DNA from: Babesia bigemina
Taxonomy: Eukaryota
Length of the DNA stretch: 64,000 bases
Reading direction: 5' to 3'
Assembly: GCF_000981445.1 (NCBI RefSeq)
Contig: NC_027217.1
Coordinates: forward strand, 1,488,001-1,552,000
Position 1 is the stretch's first letter, and the number at the start of each line of letters is the position of its first letter. Made by a program: the position numbers and the translations under genes. Of the stretch, positions 36,101 through 47,802 are shown in pieces. The notes beneath the pieces were generated by a model. The model saw only the letters and a list, made by a program, of their open reading frames with translations, was not told the origin of the DNA and did no database searches.

Positions 36101-37509
36101 GGTGCCTCAACCAGGCGGCCGCTGAAGCGGAGTTCCCCTCCGACGCCCTTAGAAGGCGCATCGAGATGCAAACGCTACGCTGCGAAATGTACATGACCAC
36201 GCTCACTGACCTACTCGTCACCAACGTGGAGCTGCAGCAGGGTGCGGCGGGGGATGACGCCGCCAACGTAGAGCTCATCGAAGAGCTCAAGGACACTCTA
36301 TGGGGCATCGTGCACTGCAGCGTCAAGAGTTCTAAGTACGTGCAGTCGCTGGCTCTTAGGTTGGGATGCCGCCTGCTCCTGACCGAATTCCTCCGGAGCA
36401 AGCAGCAACGGGTCCAAAGCCCACAGACGGCGGAGGAGAAACGATGCAGCGACGACATCACCGTCGTTCGCCTACGCGGCCTCTTAGAGCTGGCCTTCGT
36501 CGCGCCGGCCGCAGCCCGGCACATGATCGCAGACTTCAAATTCACGAGATCGACGCGCTACGTCCCGATAACGGCGGAGGACAAAAACATCGTCGTGAGC
36601 ATGTGTGCCCTGTACCCCACGCTCTCGTACAGGCATCTTCGCAACTTCCACAAGGTGCTCGAGCAGGTGCTAATGCGGTCTGTGCATCATGCACTGCAGC
36701 TGGAGCTCCGTATGGTGGGGTTCGCGCGCCTCATATCGTTCGCCGTGCAGACGGTCCTGCACCGGTCGCCGCTGTATTTCTCGTTGGAGACCTTCGCGAA
36801 GTACTTCAAGTGGCTGCTGCTCATCACGATCGACAAGGGTCCAATTCTGGCCGACCGTGGGGGCTTCATGTCGCTAATTGGCGCCCTGATATCGATGTTC
36901 GTCACGCGCAACGTGTCCTCTCTGCTGGACCGCTTTGGCCTGTCGAGGCCAGATGGCGCTGCGGACGACGAGCCGCGGTCCATGAGCGACCTCTGCGCTC
37001 TGGCTAACCCTGCACTGGGGCTTCTGGATCTGCGCGACATGCTGCTGCTCCTCAACTACATCAAGAGCCAGGGCGGCTTCGTCAAAGCAAAGGCTAACTT
37101 AAAGGTGGTGGACGATCTGATTGAGCTGGTTTCAAATCAAATGCGGAAGCTGGCCACCGTGCACACGAAAGACCTAGAAAGCGCCGAAGGAGGGGTTTCT
37201 GTAATTCCGGGAGAGCCTCCTCAAATCGTGTTCGCGGTGGATGATTCCACCGCGTTCAGCGATCTAGTTGACGCGTACGACGCGTATATATCAAGCCTAG
37301 GGCCACGTGAGCTCAGCGCGCTGTTGGTGGAAGTTGACGACGAAAAGCCGGCAGTGGTGGAGGAGGCGCCCGTTGCGAGCAGAAGGATGACCCGACCCGT
37401 CCGCGGAACCAGGGCGTCGCAACCTGATGCGGACGACGAGGCGGGAGAAGCCAGCGACGCGTCAAATACGTTCACAGACGATGAGGACGAGGAGTTTGTT
37501 GACGAGTGA
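33174..37509 (+). CDS. NCAPG: Condensin HEAT subunit CAP-G/Ycg1/Cnd3
   Basis: AKDRKLRV, LADPNKEMRYRCLQLLEHFQ|D, DPAAVVRVAAV and RLADVSKDVRSGVY follow the order of the CAP-G N-terminal HEAT motifs; intron 34164-34281; acidic tail. Confidence 0.75.
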
Positions 37510-37801
37510 TGGCACAATGGAACACGCCAGTGGTTCCATCCTTACAATCGCACCCAGCCCACCAACGCAAAACTCACTCCCGCATAAGTTTTCACATGGC
37601 TCAAGCAGACAGATGCTAATTTAGACTTCTGACCAGCGTTTCCGCGCCGTATATAACGGATGTGTTGTATCTTTGCAGATGCCCAATTTAACCGCGGGGT
37701 GCATAGAATGGCACAGAATTACGCAACCAGCCAACCGACAAGGCCTCAGCTACGCGTCGCCACGCAAAACGAACATACGTGTAGTATAATGTGAACCCAT
37801 A

Positions 37802-38224
37802 TTAAGGCTTGTCCAATGCTGATGGTCCATCCGCAGCTGGCTCATGCACGGCATCCAACGTCTCGAGGACCTGCGTTACGAACCCGGCAAAAAACTCGTC
37901 ACGCATATACGGGGCGATTGCCGATGCCGGATCAGAAGACGCTGCGATTTGTCTTAGCACCCTCCTCAAAACGTTGTTAGACAGCATGGAGCGCAGTTTC
38001 TGATCCTCCTTCAGGGCGGTTATCTGCGGCTCCGACAGGTCAGCTTCCTTGCCACCTGTGCCGAGCGCTGCGGGAGTTGATGCAGTCGGTGAAGCACCAC
38101 CAGCCGCATTACTTTGCAGACCAGAGCAGGAATGCTGCTTATAGCAGGCCACGCTACAGAAGTGTTGCCTGCAGCACTTGTAACGGTAGGGAGCTTCCGG
38201 AGCGGAGCAGTCCACGCAAACCAT
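37802..38224 (-). CDS. ZNHIT3: zf-HIT protein (Hit1/ZNHIT3, box C/D snoRNP assembly)
   Basis: CVDC...YRYKCCRQHFCSVACYKQH zinc finger plus C-terminal LKEDQKLRSML...MRDEFFAGFVTQVL domain. Confidence 0.85.
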   Translation of the reverse strand: MVCVDCSAPEAPYRYKCCRQHFCSVACYKQHSCSGLQSNAAGGASPTASTPAALGTGGKEADLSEPQITALKEDQKLRSMLSNNVLRRVLRQIAASSDPASAIAPYMRDEFFAGFVTQVLETLDAVHEPAADGPSALDKP

Positions 38225-38256
38225 TGCGCAGCTTGGCGGCAGGCATACAGCCTGAA

Positions 38257-38406
38257 TCACTCCTTATCTTCGTTGGCGCTGAGATATTGCACCGCCAGGC
38301 CGATGATCTTGGTGATCGCTATCGTGTATAGAAACATCTTGGCCTTCGCCCTGAAAGCCGCCTTGATTCTGTCTTCATGTGATTCCTCGCTCGTAGTCGC
38401 GAACAT
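38257..38406 (-). CDS. 49-aa microprotein, Tom5-like (not in the ORF track)
   Basis: AAAAA-ATG context; MFATTSEESHEDRIKAAFRAKAKMFLYTIAITKIIGLAVQYLSANEDKE*; single C-terminal TM. Confidence 0.55.
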   Translation of the reverse strand: MFATTSEESHEDRIKAAFRAKAKMFLYTIAITKIIGLAVQYLSANEDKE

Positions 38407-38891
38407 TTTTTCTCAAGCGTTGTCCTACTTTGTAGAGTGGTCGCAAGCTCACCTAGAGGCGTGGAAGGCCACACACCCCAGCCTCCGTCGGCGTTTTACT
38501 GCCCGCCCATCAGCTGCGCCGCGACAGCGAATTTGTCTATATACGGACTCTTTGATTCCATTGTGCCTTACGTGATCTAGTCGCTGTCGTGCAGTGAGAC
38601 TTCCTGACTAGCGCTCGGTGCGCTTCGAAGCCAGAATGACGCCGTATTTGGTCTAAACGCGCATCATACGGACAGCCGCTTCCCCCTAGGGGCCATTGTT
38701 AACGTTACTACGCGTGCTTCTAGCACGTTAGCTGCTCCAAAGTGTTAGGAAACCACGTCAACGCACCAGACACGGCGGCGTTCAGAACGAAGCCGCAAAT
38801 ATATCAACGGAGTATAGACACGCGGCATATAGGGCAGATTGTACATGCAACTTCTTTAGAATGGTTGTTGGATGCCCTGATGACGGCAGTC

Positions 38892-41042
38892 CTACAGGTA
38901 AGCGTCGCGCAAACCGCCTCGCAGTCGGTGTCCCAGCAGGGCCATGTGGCGATTTGACAGCCAGAAGGCTCGAGGGAAGACCTCGTTGGATGCACGCAGG
39001 GAGAGTTGCGAAAATACCAGCCTCGCGTACGCAAATAGCGCGTAAGGTGCCATTAGACGAGTGAATGATCTGTTACTGTCGTCCTCAACTGACACCTTTG
39101 CAGCGCGAATATCATCCACGTATCGCGCAAATGATTCGCGGCCCCCTTTGCCTCCCCTTTCCTCATTTAAACGGTTAAAAGTAGCCGTGAACGTCTCGTG
39201 CATTTGTGTAAAAGCCTCCCTGAGGTGGTCGAATTGCACTTTAAAAATCTTAGCGTGCGCTCTCATAATGCACAGTGCAGCGTCCTCAGACAGGTATATC
39301 CGCCTGCCTACCGACTCGGACAACGACGCCACTATGGCGTTTCTATTGGCCAGCAGACCATTAAAACTCTTCACGGCGGACCTCTTCGGAATTGCGTCCG
39401 CGTGGGCCTCAGGGCCCTTACGGGCCTCACGATGCGCCCTATCCGCTTCCAATTTAGCAACTTCGTTGCTGCGATTATCCTTCGAAACTTCATCGGCGCG
39501 CCCTTCTGCACCGGTGGTACCGTGCTCAGCGACGGAAGACAACACATCGTCCACAATCCATTGCACGGCCAGCTGTGAAGATGGCCGCAGCAACCTGGGT
39601 TCTACGGCGGTAAGCCTAGTTCCAGACACGGCCCCGACTAATCTCAGAAACGTGTAATATACCATATGAGGCGGCCGTAATTTAAGGATGGGGAGATCGC
39701 CAGTATCCTCACCCGGTGGGCAGCTGCAGGCCATAGCACCAGCCGCCAGGTATATCAACCGGTCGTGCGCCGGCACACGAATGCCAAATCCAGCATGATT
39801 AACTGCGCTGCATATCTTCGAGAATCCACTCAAATAATCACCGCAGAAGAGCAGACAGCATCCCAAAACGGTTGACACCTGCGAGTCGTCCAGAGGTGGA
39901 CACCGCGGGCTCGTTTTCACTGCGGTAGAACCCTGCGAGGAAGTTGCGATTAAGCACCGGTTGCGCCACATAGCTGACTGAAGGGCCACATTGTCCCTAA
40001 TGGTGCTCCACGCGGTAGGCTCCCGTACGGGCTTGTCGCTGCGGCGGTCCCAACCCTGACGCAGTGCTGCGCACGATTTGGCCGCATCGCGGAGCATCTG
40101 GTTCCGCGAGTATTTGAAATCGAGATCCAGACTGCGAATGCGCTGCAGGTAGACTATCGCGTTCTCAATGCGAGTTTTTATTACCCCGTGGCTGCTTGGA
40201 CACTGCTCAAGCAGCTGGTACAACGACGACGGGACGGCCGCTGACGACTCGGGGTTGCAACCATTCGCTATCGATACTAACACAGCCTGCAGCCCCGAAA
40301 TGTTGTCCACCAGATGCCCATTTCCGGCGGACGATGCCTTCACTCGCATCACGATCTCAGTCGCCGATGCGCTTTCCGACGGGTCCGCCTGGCGTAACCA
40401 CGACCACAAGGCGCGGCTGCGCAACAGAGTCCGGTCCAACTTGTCACTTGCGCATATGCCAACAGCGGACACCGTTCGCCTAAACGCGCGGGTCGTGCGA
40501 GAGCGGGTGGCACTTTTCGTGCAGCGGAGGGCGCGAGAGGAAACGGTCTTGCCCGTGTTATCCAGGAACTGCATGACGTCCGCCATTATGGCCGAGTAGC
40601 AGTGGCACAGCCCTTGCGACTTCAGGGGGACCTTGCTTCGGGTTGCGAAAACGTGCAACAGCAGGGGCGTGACGGCAGCTAGGATGCAACGACTCAAGGT
40701 GCTGGTGGCAGACAGCGCCACCTGCGATTTGCCCGTGGCACGCTGACCGCTGGCGTGCTGTCCGTGCTGCTTGGGAACACTTTGTGGGCTCTTGCTGTCA
40801 CTAGGCGTCGCATCTTCGAAACGAGACAGTTCGCATAGTCGCATAAACAAGGCCATCAACGGATCTAGGCGGTCGCCACGGCAGTGTATTATCGCCTTGG
40901 CAATCGCCTCGAACCCCTTACGACGCGCGAGCGTTATAAGCAGTCGAAGGAGAGCCTTCTTGCGGTGTCGTCTCAGGTCCTTAAGCACCGCCGTCACCCA
41001 TAGGTCGATGCCACGCGACCACAGCTCATAGAAACTCACCAT
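38892..41042 (-). CDS. Hypothetical protein, about 716 aa
   Basis: Long uninterrupted ORF; first in-frame ATG at 41042; both ends may be spliced; no family recognised. Confidence 0.7.
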   Translation of the reverse strand: MVSFYELWSRGIDLWVTAVLKDLRRHRKKALLRLLITLARRKGFEAIAKAIIHCRGDRLDPLMALFMRLCELSRFEDATPSDSKSPQSVPKQHGQHASGQRATGKSQVALSATSTLSRCILAAVTPLLLHVFATRSKVPLKSQGLCHCYSAIMADVMQFLDNTGKTVSSRALRCTKSATRSRTTRAFRRTVSAVGICASDKLDRTLLRSRALWSWLRQADPSESASATEIVMRVKASSAGNGHLVDNISGLQAVLVSIANGCNPESSAAVPSSLYQLLEQCPSSHGVIKTRIENAIVYLQRIRSLDLDFKYSRNQMLRDAAKSCAALRQGWDRRSDKPVREPTAWSTIRDNVALQSAMWRNRCLIATSSQGSTAVKTSPRCPPLDDSQVSTVLGCCLLFCGDYLSGFSKICSAVNHAGFGIRVPAHDRLIYLAAGAMACSCPPGEDTGDLPILKLRPPHMVYYTFLRLVGAVSGTRLTAVEPRLLRPSSQLAVQWIVDDVLSSVAEHGTTGAEGRADEVSKDNRSNEVAKLEADRAHREARKGPEAHADAIPKRSAVKSFNGLLANRNAIVASLSESVGRRIYLSEDAALCIMRAHAKIFKVQFDHLREAFTQMHETFTATFNRLNEERGGKGGRESFARYVDDIRAAKVSVEDDSNRSFTRLMAPYALFAYARLVFSQLSLRASNEVFPRAFWLSNRHMALLGHRLRGGLRDAYL

Positions 41043-41339
41043 CTGGACCCCCGGAGCTACAGTCAACGCTTCTGATTTTGCTCTCCATCGAATCTTGCGT
41101 GCTAATTTTAACTGCGGTGTAGAGCGTAGCGTAGAATCCCGGAAATTTCAATGAGTGTGTGATGTCGCCGACACATCACAACAACGCGAAGGTTGATTTG
41201 CGCGTCACAAACAGCTCACCGGCGGCCTTCTTGCAAACAGTTGGATGCACACTGAGGTGATGTGTCGTTTTATGGTGGCTGCCCGGGCAAGATTCTACCC
41301 TGCTACGGCTCTGGGTACCGGACGCCTGGAGCATGGAAG

Positions 41340-43334
41340 ATGCGCACGACTAGAAGATGTCTCCTAGTGCTGGCTGCGGTGACCGTCATCGCGCAACTAG
41401 TGGAAGTGGTACAGCCGTTTATGCAACGAGAAGCTGCTCTATATCGAGCCATCGCAAGCCGGAATGCAGCAGCCAAGAGCAGTGCCCGGCCTCTGCGGAA
41501 GCAAAGGCCGCCTGCCAAACGAAAAAGAAGGGGAGGCAGAGTTATCGCAACGATACATGACAATCACGCTCGTGACACTGGGAGTCAGGAGCACGTCGGT
41601 GAGCCGGCGACGGTGAATATCGGCTTGCATGAAGGTACTGTATCACCCAGTCAAGAAGCGGAGCCTGGTAATCAAAATGAGGTCGCGACGCATAATGACC
41701 CCAACGACGGTGATAACACCGATGAGTCGGCATGTGAAGGGTCAATGTTATACGGTGGGATGCCAGAGGAAGCAATGCCCTCCGGCGGTACCGACGACAG
41801 CGGCGGCGGGTCAAACCTGCACAATAGGCTCATAGAAGGCACCGAATATCAGCTTCACATACCGCCTATCGCCAACTTTAAGCCACAAATGCGGCTTGCG
41901 TTCACCAAACCCGAGGTGTATGCGCAGCACGTGCCCGAGGAACCGATGGACACCACCAACGGCGAGTACGCGAAGGGGCCACTGCAACTGCACGAGATGC
42001 CGGCGCTTGGGCAGATACCGGAGTTCAGGCACAGTTCAGACGTCAATGGCATCACCCCCGGCAAATCGGAGCTCTTCACTTGGAAGGTCGAACGGCCGCC
42101 CGACGTATTCATCATAAACTGGTCCGGGGTGGCTCACACGGGATTCCGGGACGGCGTCGTGGTGGCTGCTCGCGCTATTTTGGACTTTACGGGCGAGCAG
42201 CCACTGGATGTGCAGCAGTTTCTCGAGTCCGTCGCGGAGCGCCGCAGCCTGCCCATCTGGCTGGCCACGAGGGCGCGCTATGCACAGCCCTTCCTAGACT
42301 CGGCGGCTGATTGGATCCCTGCGCTCCAACATTTCATCAACAACTGCAATGACCAGGATATGCTCGAAAAGGTTCACACGGTCGAAGCGCTCGCTGCAAC
42401 TGATGCAAACCCGCTCGACATTTTGAAACACATCACCGTGGGCGGCGACCCCAACGAGCTGGTGGACCTGGGGTCGCCACAGCGTGAGTCGATGGGCATT
42501 GAGGCCTTCGAACTTGAGGGTTGGAAAGCAGACGGGGCGCGCTATAGCGATATGGTTTCCACGTACGACAAGATCCTCAAACAGCTTGGCATCGACAAGT
42601 GTAGCCTGGATCAGCACTTCCAGGACGCTTGGAGCAAACTGTGCGCAGACCGAGAGGCGTGGCTGGACACGGTGCTGTACCGAACGAATTGCGCCGCATT
42701 AGATGCCGCGCAGAGGCGCAACCACGAGTCGTACAACTGCGCGGTCGTGGGCGCGATTAAACACCATCTTGAGGTTTTCCAGATGCCAGTCTACCTGGTA
42801 TCGGATGTCAAAACCACAGCTATGGTAATGAGCGAGCTCGAGTCGCTGCAAATCAAACCGCTGCACGCGGGTGACGTGTACGGTCGGGACCGTGGCACGC
42901 CCACGGACAGCGTGAGGGCGCTCTTGGCCGACCTCCAACTTGACCCACGTGTCCCCGTGCACTACTTCGATGACCGGCTGGCGACGCTCGATGCCATAAA
43001 CTCGAGCGATGACCTGCGCCACGTGAGAACGTATTTCGTCGACTGGGGGCGCTCAACGCTGTCCGAGAAGCTAGGGTCCCTCTACGCAGACAGGTTAGCC
43101 GCGTTGTGTGAGAAATGACAGCAGCGCAGCGTCAAGTACGTCAAGACCACCGAGTGGCTGGTCAGGTTCCTGGCTACGCCGGCGACTGAGCCCGGAAGAG
43201 AGTGGACGCACGGCTTCCGCCTCAGGCGCCCCGACGAGGAGGTAGAGAAGTCAGCCACGGACTGGAAGAAAAAGTGGCACACGGTGCCGCAAATCGCCGA
43301 CAGGCCACTTAAACCAATTCCTAGAATTATATAA
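41340..43334 (+). CDS. HAD-superfamily-like protein with bipartite (signal + basic transit) leader, probably apicoplast
   Basis: MRTTRRCLLVLAAVTVIAQLV followed by an R/K-rich stretch; VHYFDDRLATL...TYFVDWG motif IV; intron 43094-43129 extends the frame to 43334. Confidence 0.7.
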
Positions 43335-43400
43335 GGGTTAATTTATCGCGTTAAAAAGTGTAGGCGCAAAAAATCAACACTGCCTCGTCCCGGGGTTCGG

Positions 43401-46328
43401 TTACGGCTGGGGAACTGCCTGGGCCAGAACGCGCTGCATCCCGAGGACGTGGGTAGCTCCGTCACCACAGCTCGGCGCCGCAAGCGGGGGGCGCCCAACG
43501 TACTCGAGTCGCAAGTCGGAGCCGATGTGGCGCAACAGGTGGCCGATACGGGGAGACGCGTAGCTCCACGCCCCAGCGTTCGCATGCTCCTCCTGGCACC
43601 ACACCAGCCGCTTGAGGTTAGGGAATCGCTCCAATTCCGTCTTGATGGCGCCTACGGGGAATGGGCAGAGCTGCTCCACCGTGGTCACGGCGATATTGCG
43701 CACGCCCAGCTCGGCCACCCGACCCGAAAGGTCAAAGTACACCTGCCCGCTGCACAGTATCAGGGTGTCGACGGCAGCCCCGTCCGCAACCTCTGCGGGT
43801 ATTACCGGCCTGAATGCATGTGCCGGCCCGAACTCCTCCAAGCTGCAGTAGGTGCCACGCAGTTTAAGCAGCTTCTTGCCGGTCATGACAATGAGCGGCT
43901 TGTGGAAGTCACGAAGCATCTGGCGGCGCAGTGCGTGGAAGAGGTTGCTCGAACGGGTGCAGTTGATGACGCCGATGTTGACGCGCTTCGCGTGTTCGTC
44001 GTTGGCGAGCGACAGGAAGTCGTGCATGTCCTCGGGCTCGTTGGAGAGCTGCAGGTACCGCTCCAAACGAGCTGAGCTGTGATCTGGACCCTGCCCATCG
44101 AACCCGTGCGGCAACAGCAGACACATGGCCGACTGCTGCCCCCATTTGGCCTCTCCGCTAACTACATATTCGTCGGTCACAGCCTGCGCGACGTTCGCGA
44201 AGTCGCCGAACTGCGCCTCCCACATGTTCAGAATGCGCGGGTTCTCGAGACCGTAGCCGTACTCGAACCCCATGGCAGCCGTCTCCGAAAGCAGCGAATT
44301 GTACACCTCAACCTGGTCCCCTTTGGGCACCTTCGAGAAGATGTTGAAAAGCCGGAAGGTCTTTTGGCACTGCACGAACGAATGGCGGTGCGAGAAAGTG
44401 CCCCTCTTGGTGTCCTGCCCTACCAAACGTACGCGAAACCCATCCTGTGCGAGCGACGCGTAGGCCAAGGCTTCAGCCAGGCCGGTGTCGATGTTGGAGC
44501 CCGTTTCTATCGCCTTCGTGCGCTCCTTGAAAATACGGCGGATAGCAGGGTGCAGCTGGAAGTCCTCGGGAACGGCGTTCAATGCCTTGCCCAACTCCGT
44601 CAAGCGAGCCAATTCCACGCCGGTCACCGGGGCCGCCGAGGTCATGGCGGGTGCCTTCCACTCCTTGGCCTGGGGGGGCGGCGCAATGGTGGATACCTCA
44701 ATGGACCGTTTAAGCGCGGCCTCAAATTCCGCCTGGATTTCACCCTCCACGGCGTCGAGCTCGGCCTCCGTGAACACACCGGTCTCCAGCAGGTACTTGC
44801 GATACGCGATCAAGACGTCCTCCTTCTTTTCGACGCGCGCGTACATCTCGGCGTTGGTGAACTTTGGCATGTCGAGTTCGTTGTGTCCGAACTTGCGGAA
44901 CCCGACCATGTTCAGGAACACGTCCTTGCCAAACTGCTGACGGTACTCGTAGGCCAGACGCGAGGCCAACACGACGGCCTCCACGTTGTGCGCATTAGCG
45001 TGTAGCGCGGGCGATTCGACCATCTTCGCCAGGTCGGTGGTGTAGCGAGTCGACGCGCCTCCGGCGGGGTAGGTGGTGAACCCGATTTGGTTGTTGACCA
45101 CTATGTTGATCATGCCACCCACCGCGTACTCGGGGATCCGTGACATCTGCACCGTCTCGGCGGTTATCCCCTCGCCACTGAACGCCGCGTCGCCGTGCAG
45201 AACCACCGGAATCACCTTGCGAGCGTCCAGGCCCATGTCCACCTGCCGCGCACGGGTCTGTCCCATGACCACGGGGTGGACGAACTGCAGGTGCGAGGGG
45301 TTGTGCAGCATCTCGAGCCGCAGGGATCCGCGGCGGTTGCGGTAGCCGAAGTGGTACTTGACGTCGCCGCAGTATTCGCTGCCCTCGTCCGCGTACCAGT
45401 TTTTGCCGCGGAACTCTGCGAACATTTCGTCGAGCGGGCGCTTTAGAATGTTCACCAAGACGTTGAGGCGGCCGCGGTGCGACATTCCCATCAGCATCGA
45501 ATCGACACCCGAGGCCTCTGCCAGGCTGCACAGGACGTCCAGCGAGACCACCATGGACTCAAGGCCGTCGGCGCCGAACCGCTTAACAGTCGGGAAGGCC
45601 TTGGTGCAGAACCGCTCGAACATGACTGCGCTCGCCACTGACCGGAAGAACTCCGTGCGCTCCGTTTTGGTAAAATTCATGGCGCTTGGGCTCTCAATCC
45701 TGTCGACGAAGAACCGCTGCTCCTCCTCAGGCAGGTGCGAGAACTCCGCAGTGAAGTCACCGCAGTAGCTCTTGCGCAAGTTAGATATGCACTCCGCCAC
45801 GGTCGCCGAGCTTCCCATGTGGCCGGGCACCAAGCCCGAAGGGATTGTTCGGGCCAGGTCAGCCTCCGTTAGGCCGTACGTTTCCGGCGCCAACTGCATA
45901 ATATTTCAGAGAAACGGCGTGAATACTAACCCAGACCTCGACGTCCTTGGGGTTGAAACGGTGGAAGGGCGGCTCGCGTGGCAGGCAGAGCGGGTCCAGC
46001 GTAGCCTGAGTGTGGCCGTGGGTGCGGTAAGCGCGAACAAGCTCCGCCAGGCGGATCATGATAAGCCTCTCGGCGTCGTCGGCGACCGAGGACGCCAACA
46101 CCGACACCACACTGCTCGGCCTTCCGGCCGTTGACGCATTGGCTATTCCGCCAGCCTGCATGTACATTGAGAATCCGACACACCGGAACAAACCGCTGTT
46201 TCCGCGGCCGTGGCGAACGTCCGCGCCGCAAGCAACGCCCGCAGCTGCTCGGAACGCGCCGAGCCGCGCAGAGAAAGGGCGCCGCGCAAAGCGCTGTCCC
46301 CCAAATTCCGGTTTATTTTGCGCAACAT
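43401..46328 (-). CDS. OGDH: 2-oxoglutarate dehydrogenase E1 component, mitochondrial
   Basis: GMSHRGRLNVL, HGDAAFSGEG...VNNQIGFTT, RGTFSHRH, WEAQFGDFAN, GPDHSSARLER; Arg-rich presequence from 46328; introns 46156-46193 and 45894-45930. Confidence 0.96.
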
Positions 46329-46579
46329 CGTTTTTAGAAGTGAAGCGCGGGGCCCCGCGAAGTAGTACAAAATATCGGGATGCTAGCCACACTGCAGCTG
46401 GAATAACTGAAAGACACCACTCAAAGCAAACACATTTCACGCGTGATTACACAGGTTATTGGCCTCGCGATATTGACATCGAGGTGTGCCGTCTGCCCCT
46501 ACACCTCGCCGCGGTTGAGGGGAAAATGCGCCACGCAGCGGCGTCGCCGCTGCCGGCACGTGACCGCGCCAGAGCCTCG

Positions 46580-47176
46580 TCAGCCTTCCTCAGGCACCGT
46601 GATTGAGAAGGCGCGCGGGTATTTTTGCTCCTGTTTTTTTTCGTAGCCGTCCAGGTCCCATAGTACACCCCCGTGTAGCAACGCGTCCAGCAGGGCACTG
46701 CCCACCATTAGCATCCGCAGCGAAAGGACGCATATGACGCCCAGAAAAATGCCGGCCACCAGCCTAATGCCGAGCAAAGCAGTTGCGTCGAGTTTGGATT
46801 CCAGCGCGTGCTGTCGCAGAATCTCTATGCTGAGCACCACCTAATAGTCGGTCAAATGCAATTAATCGCGACTCACGTGTTGCACGAAGAAACTTTGATA
46901 TAGCAGCATCGCCAGCAATCCCAGCCCGTAGCGCCCGTAAATAATCGTCAAGGCGAAGGCCACGAAGCTCAACGTCGCCGAGGCGCAGCTTCCGTAGCTT
47001 ATGAGAACGAAGAAGCCGAGAAAACAGCGGGTGTACATTTGCATAAACACCATGACGTTCAGAGACGCGGCGATGGCGAGCAGCGACGTCAGCATCGGCT
47101 GGCAAACTAGCGTCAGAACATCGACGGCGCGCGCGTCCGGGCCGTGCCACGGTACCTTGAAGTAGCGTTTCACCAT
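46580..47176 (-). CDS. Small multi-pass membrane protein
   Basis: Two hydrophobic ORFs joined in frame by intron 46841-46876 (GTGAGT..TTAG). Confidence 0.7.
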
Positions 47177-47802
47177 TGTTTACATTACCCAAAATATACC
47201 AATGTATATTGTTAGTGGGAGCGGTAGCGCAGCTGTCTAAAAGTATCGCGAGCGATTCCTGCTGCTGAGTAGGAAAAAACGCATAGCGATACTGGCTACC
47301 GGAAAATAGCCGATTGTAGGTGTTGAAAAATTAGCGAGGCGATTAGAATGTTCAGTGGCTCCTATTGGACTCTATGCTAACTCTCTAGCACACTTGCGGG
47401 GCTTCCGGCGCCCGCAGCTTTCTTCTAAGTGGCGACTCGCACACGTCACTCTAACACATGGCTACAAAAGCCGTCCTACAGCTGTATAAGGCCGGGCATT
47501 GCAAATGGCCGACTGCCTTAGGTGCATCGGCCGACACTGGTGGCCGACGAGTGCGCTGCCAGCAAACCTGTCTAAGTCACAGTGAATAATATAGCACAAC
47601 ATCCACCTGAATGTTGCAAAGTAAAATTGGCTGTGTCTGGAAGCATATCCGGTGGGCCCGTGTTGCCATGGAATCCGCCGGACGCGCGTGAACGTGCACA
47701 AGCGCTGCTCCGCTGGACGCGCGCTGTAGTAAGCTATTAAGGCTGTGAGAGGTGCTAAGATATTACGTGACGCCTTAGGCGGCTTCTCGAGCCCCTGCCG
47801 CC

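Noticed and set aside
34969..36171. Long antisense ORFs (this one of 400 aa; also 25355-26329 and 44079-45005)
   Set aside because: They are shadows of GC-rich codon usage opposite clear genes.
38804..39034. Cys-rich ORF ending CPICR, like a RING finger
   Set aside because: The other RING ligands are not correctly spaced, and I found no convincing splice joining it to the upstream ORF.
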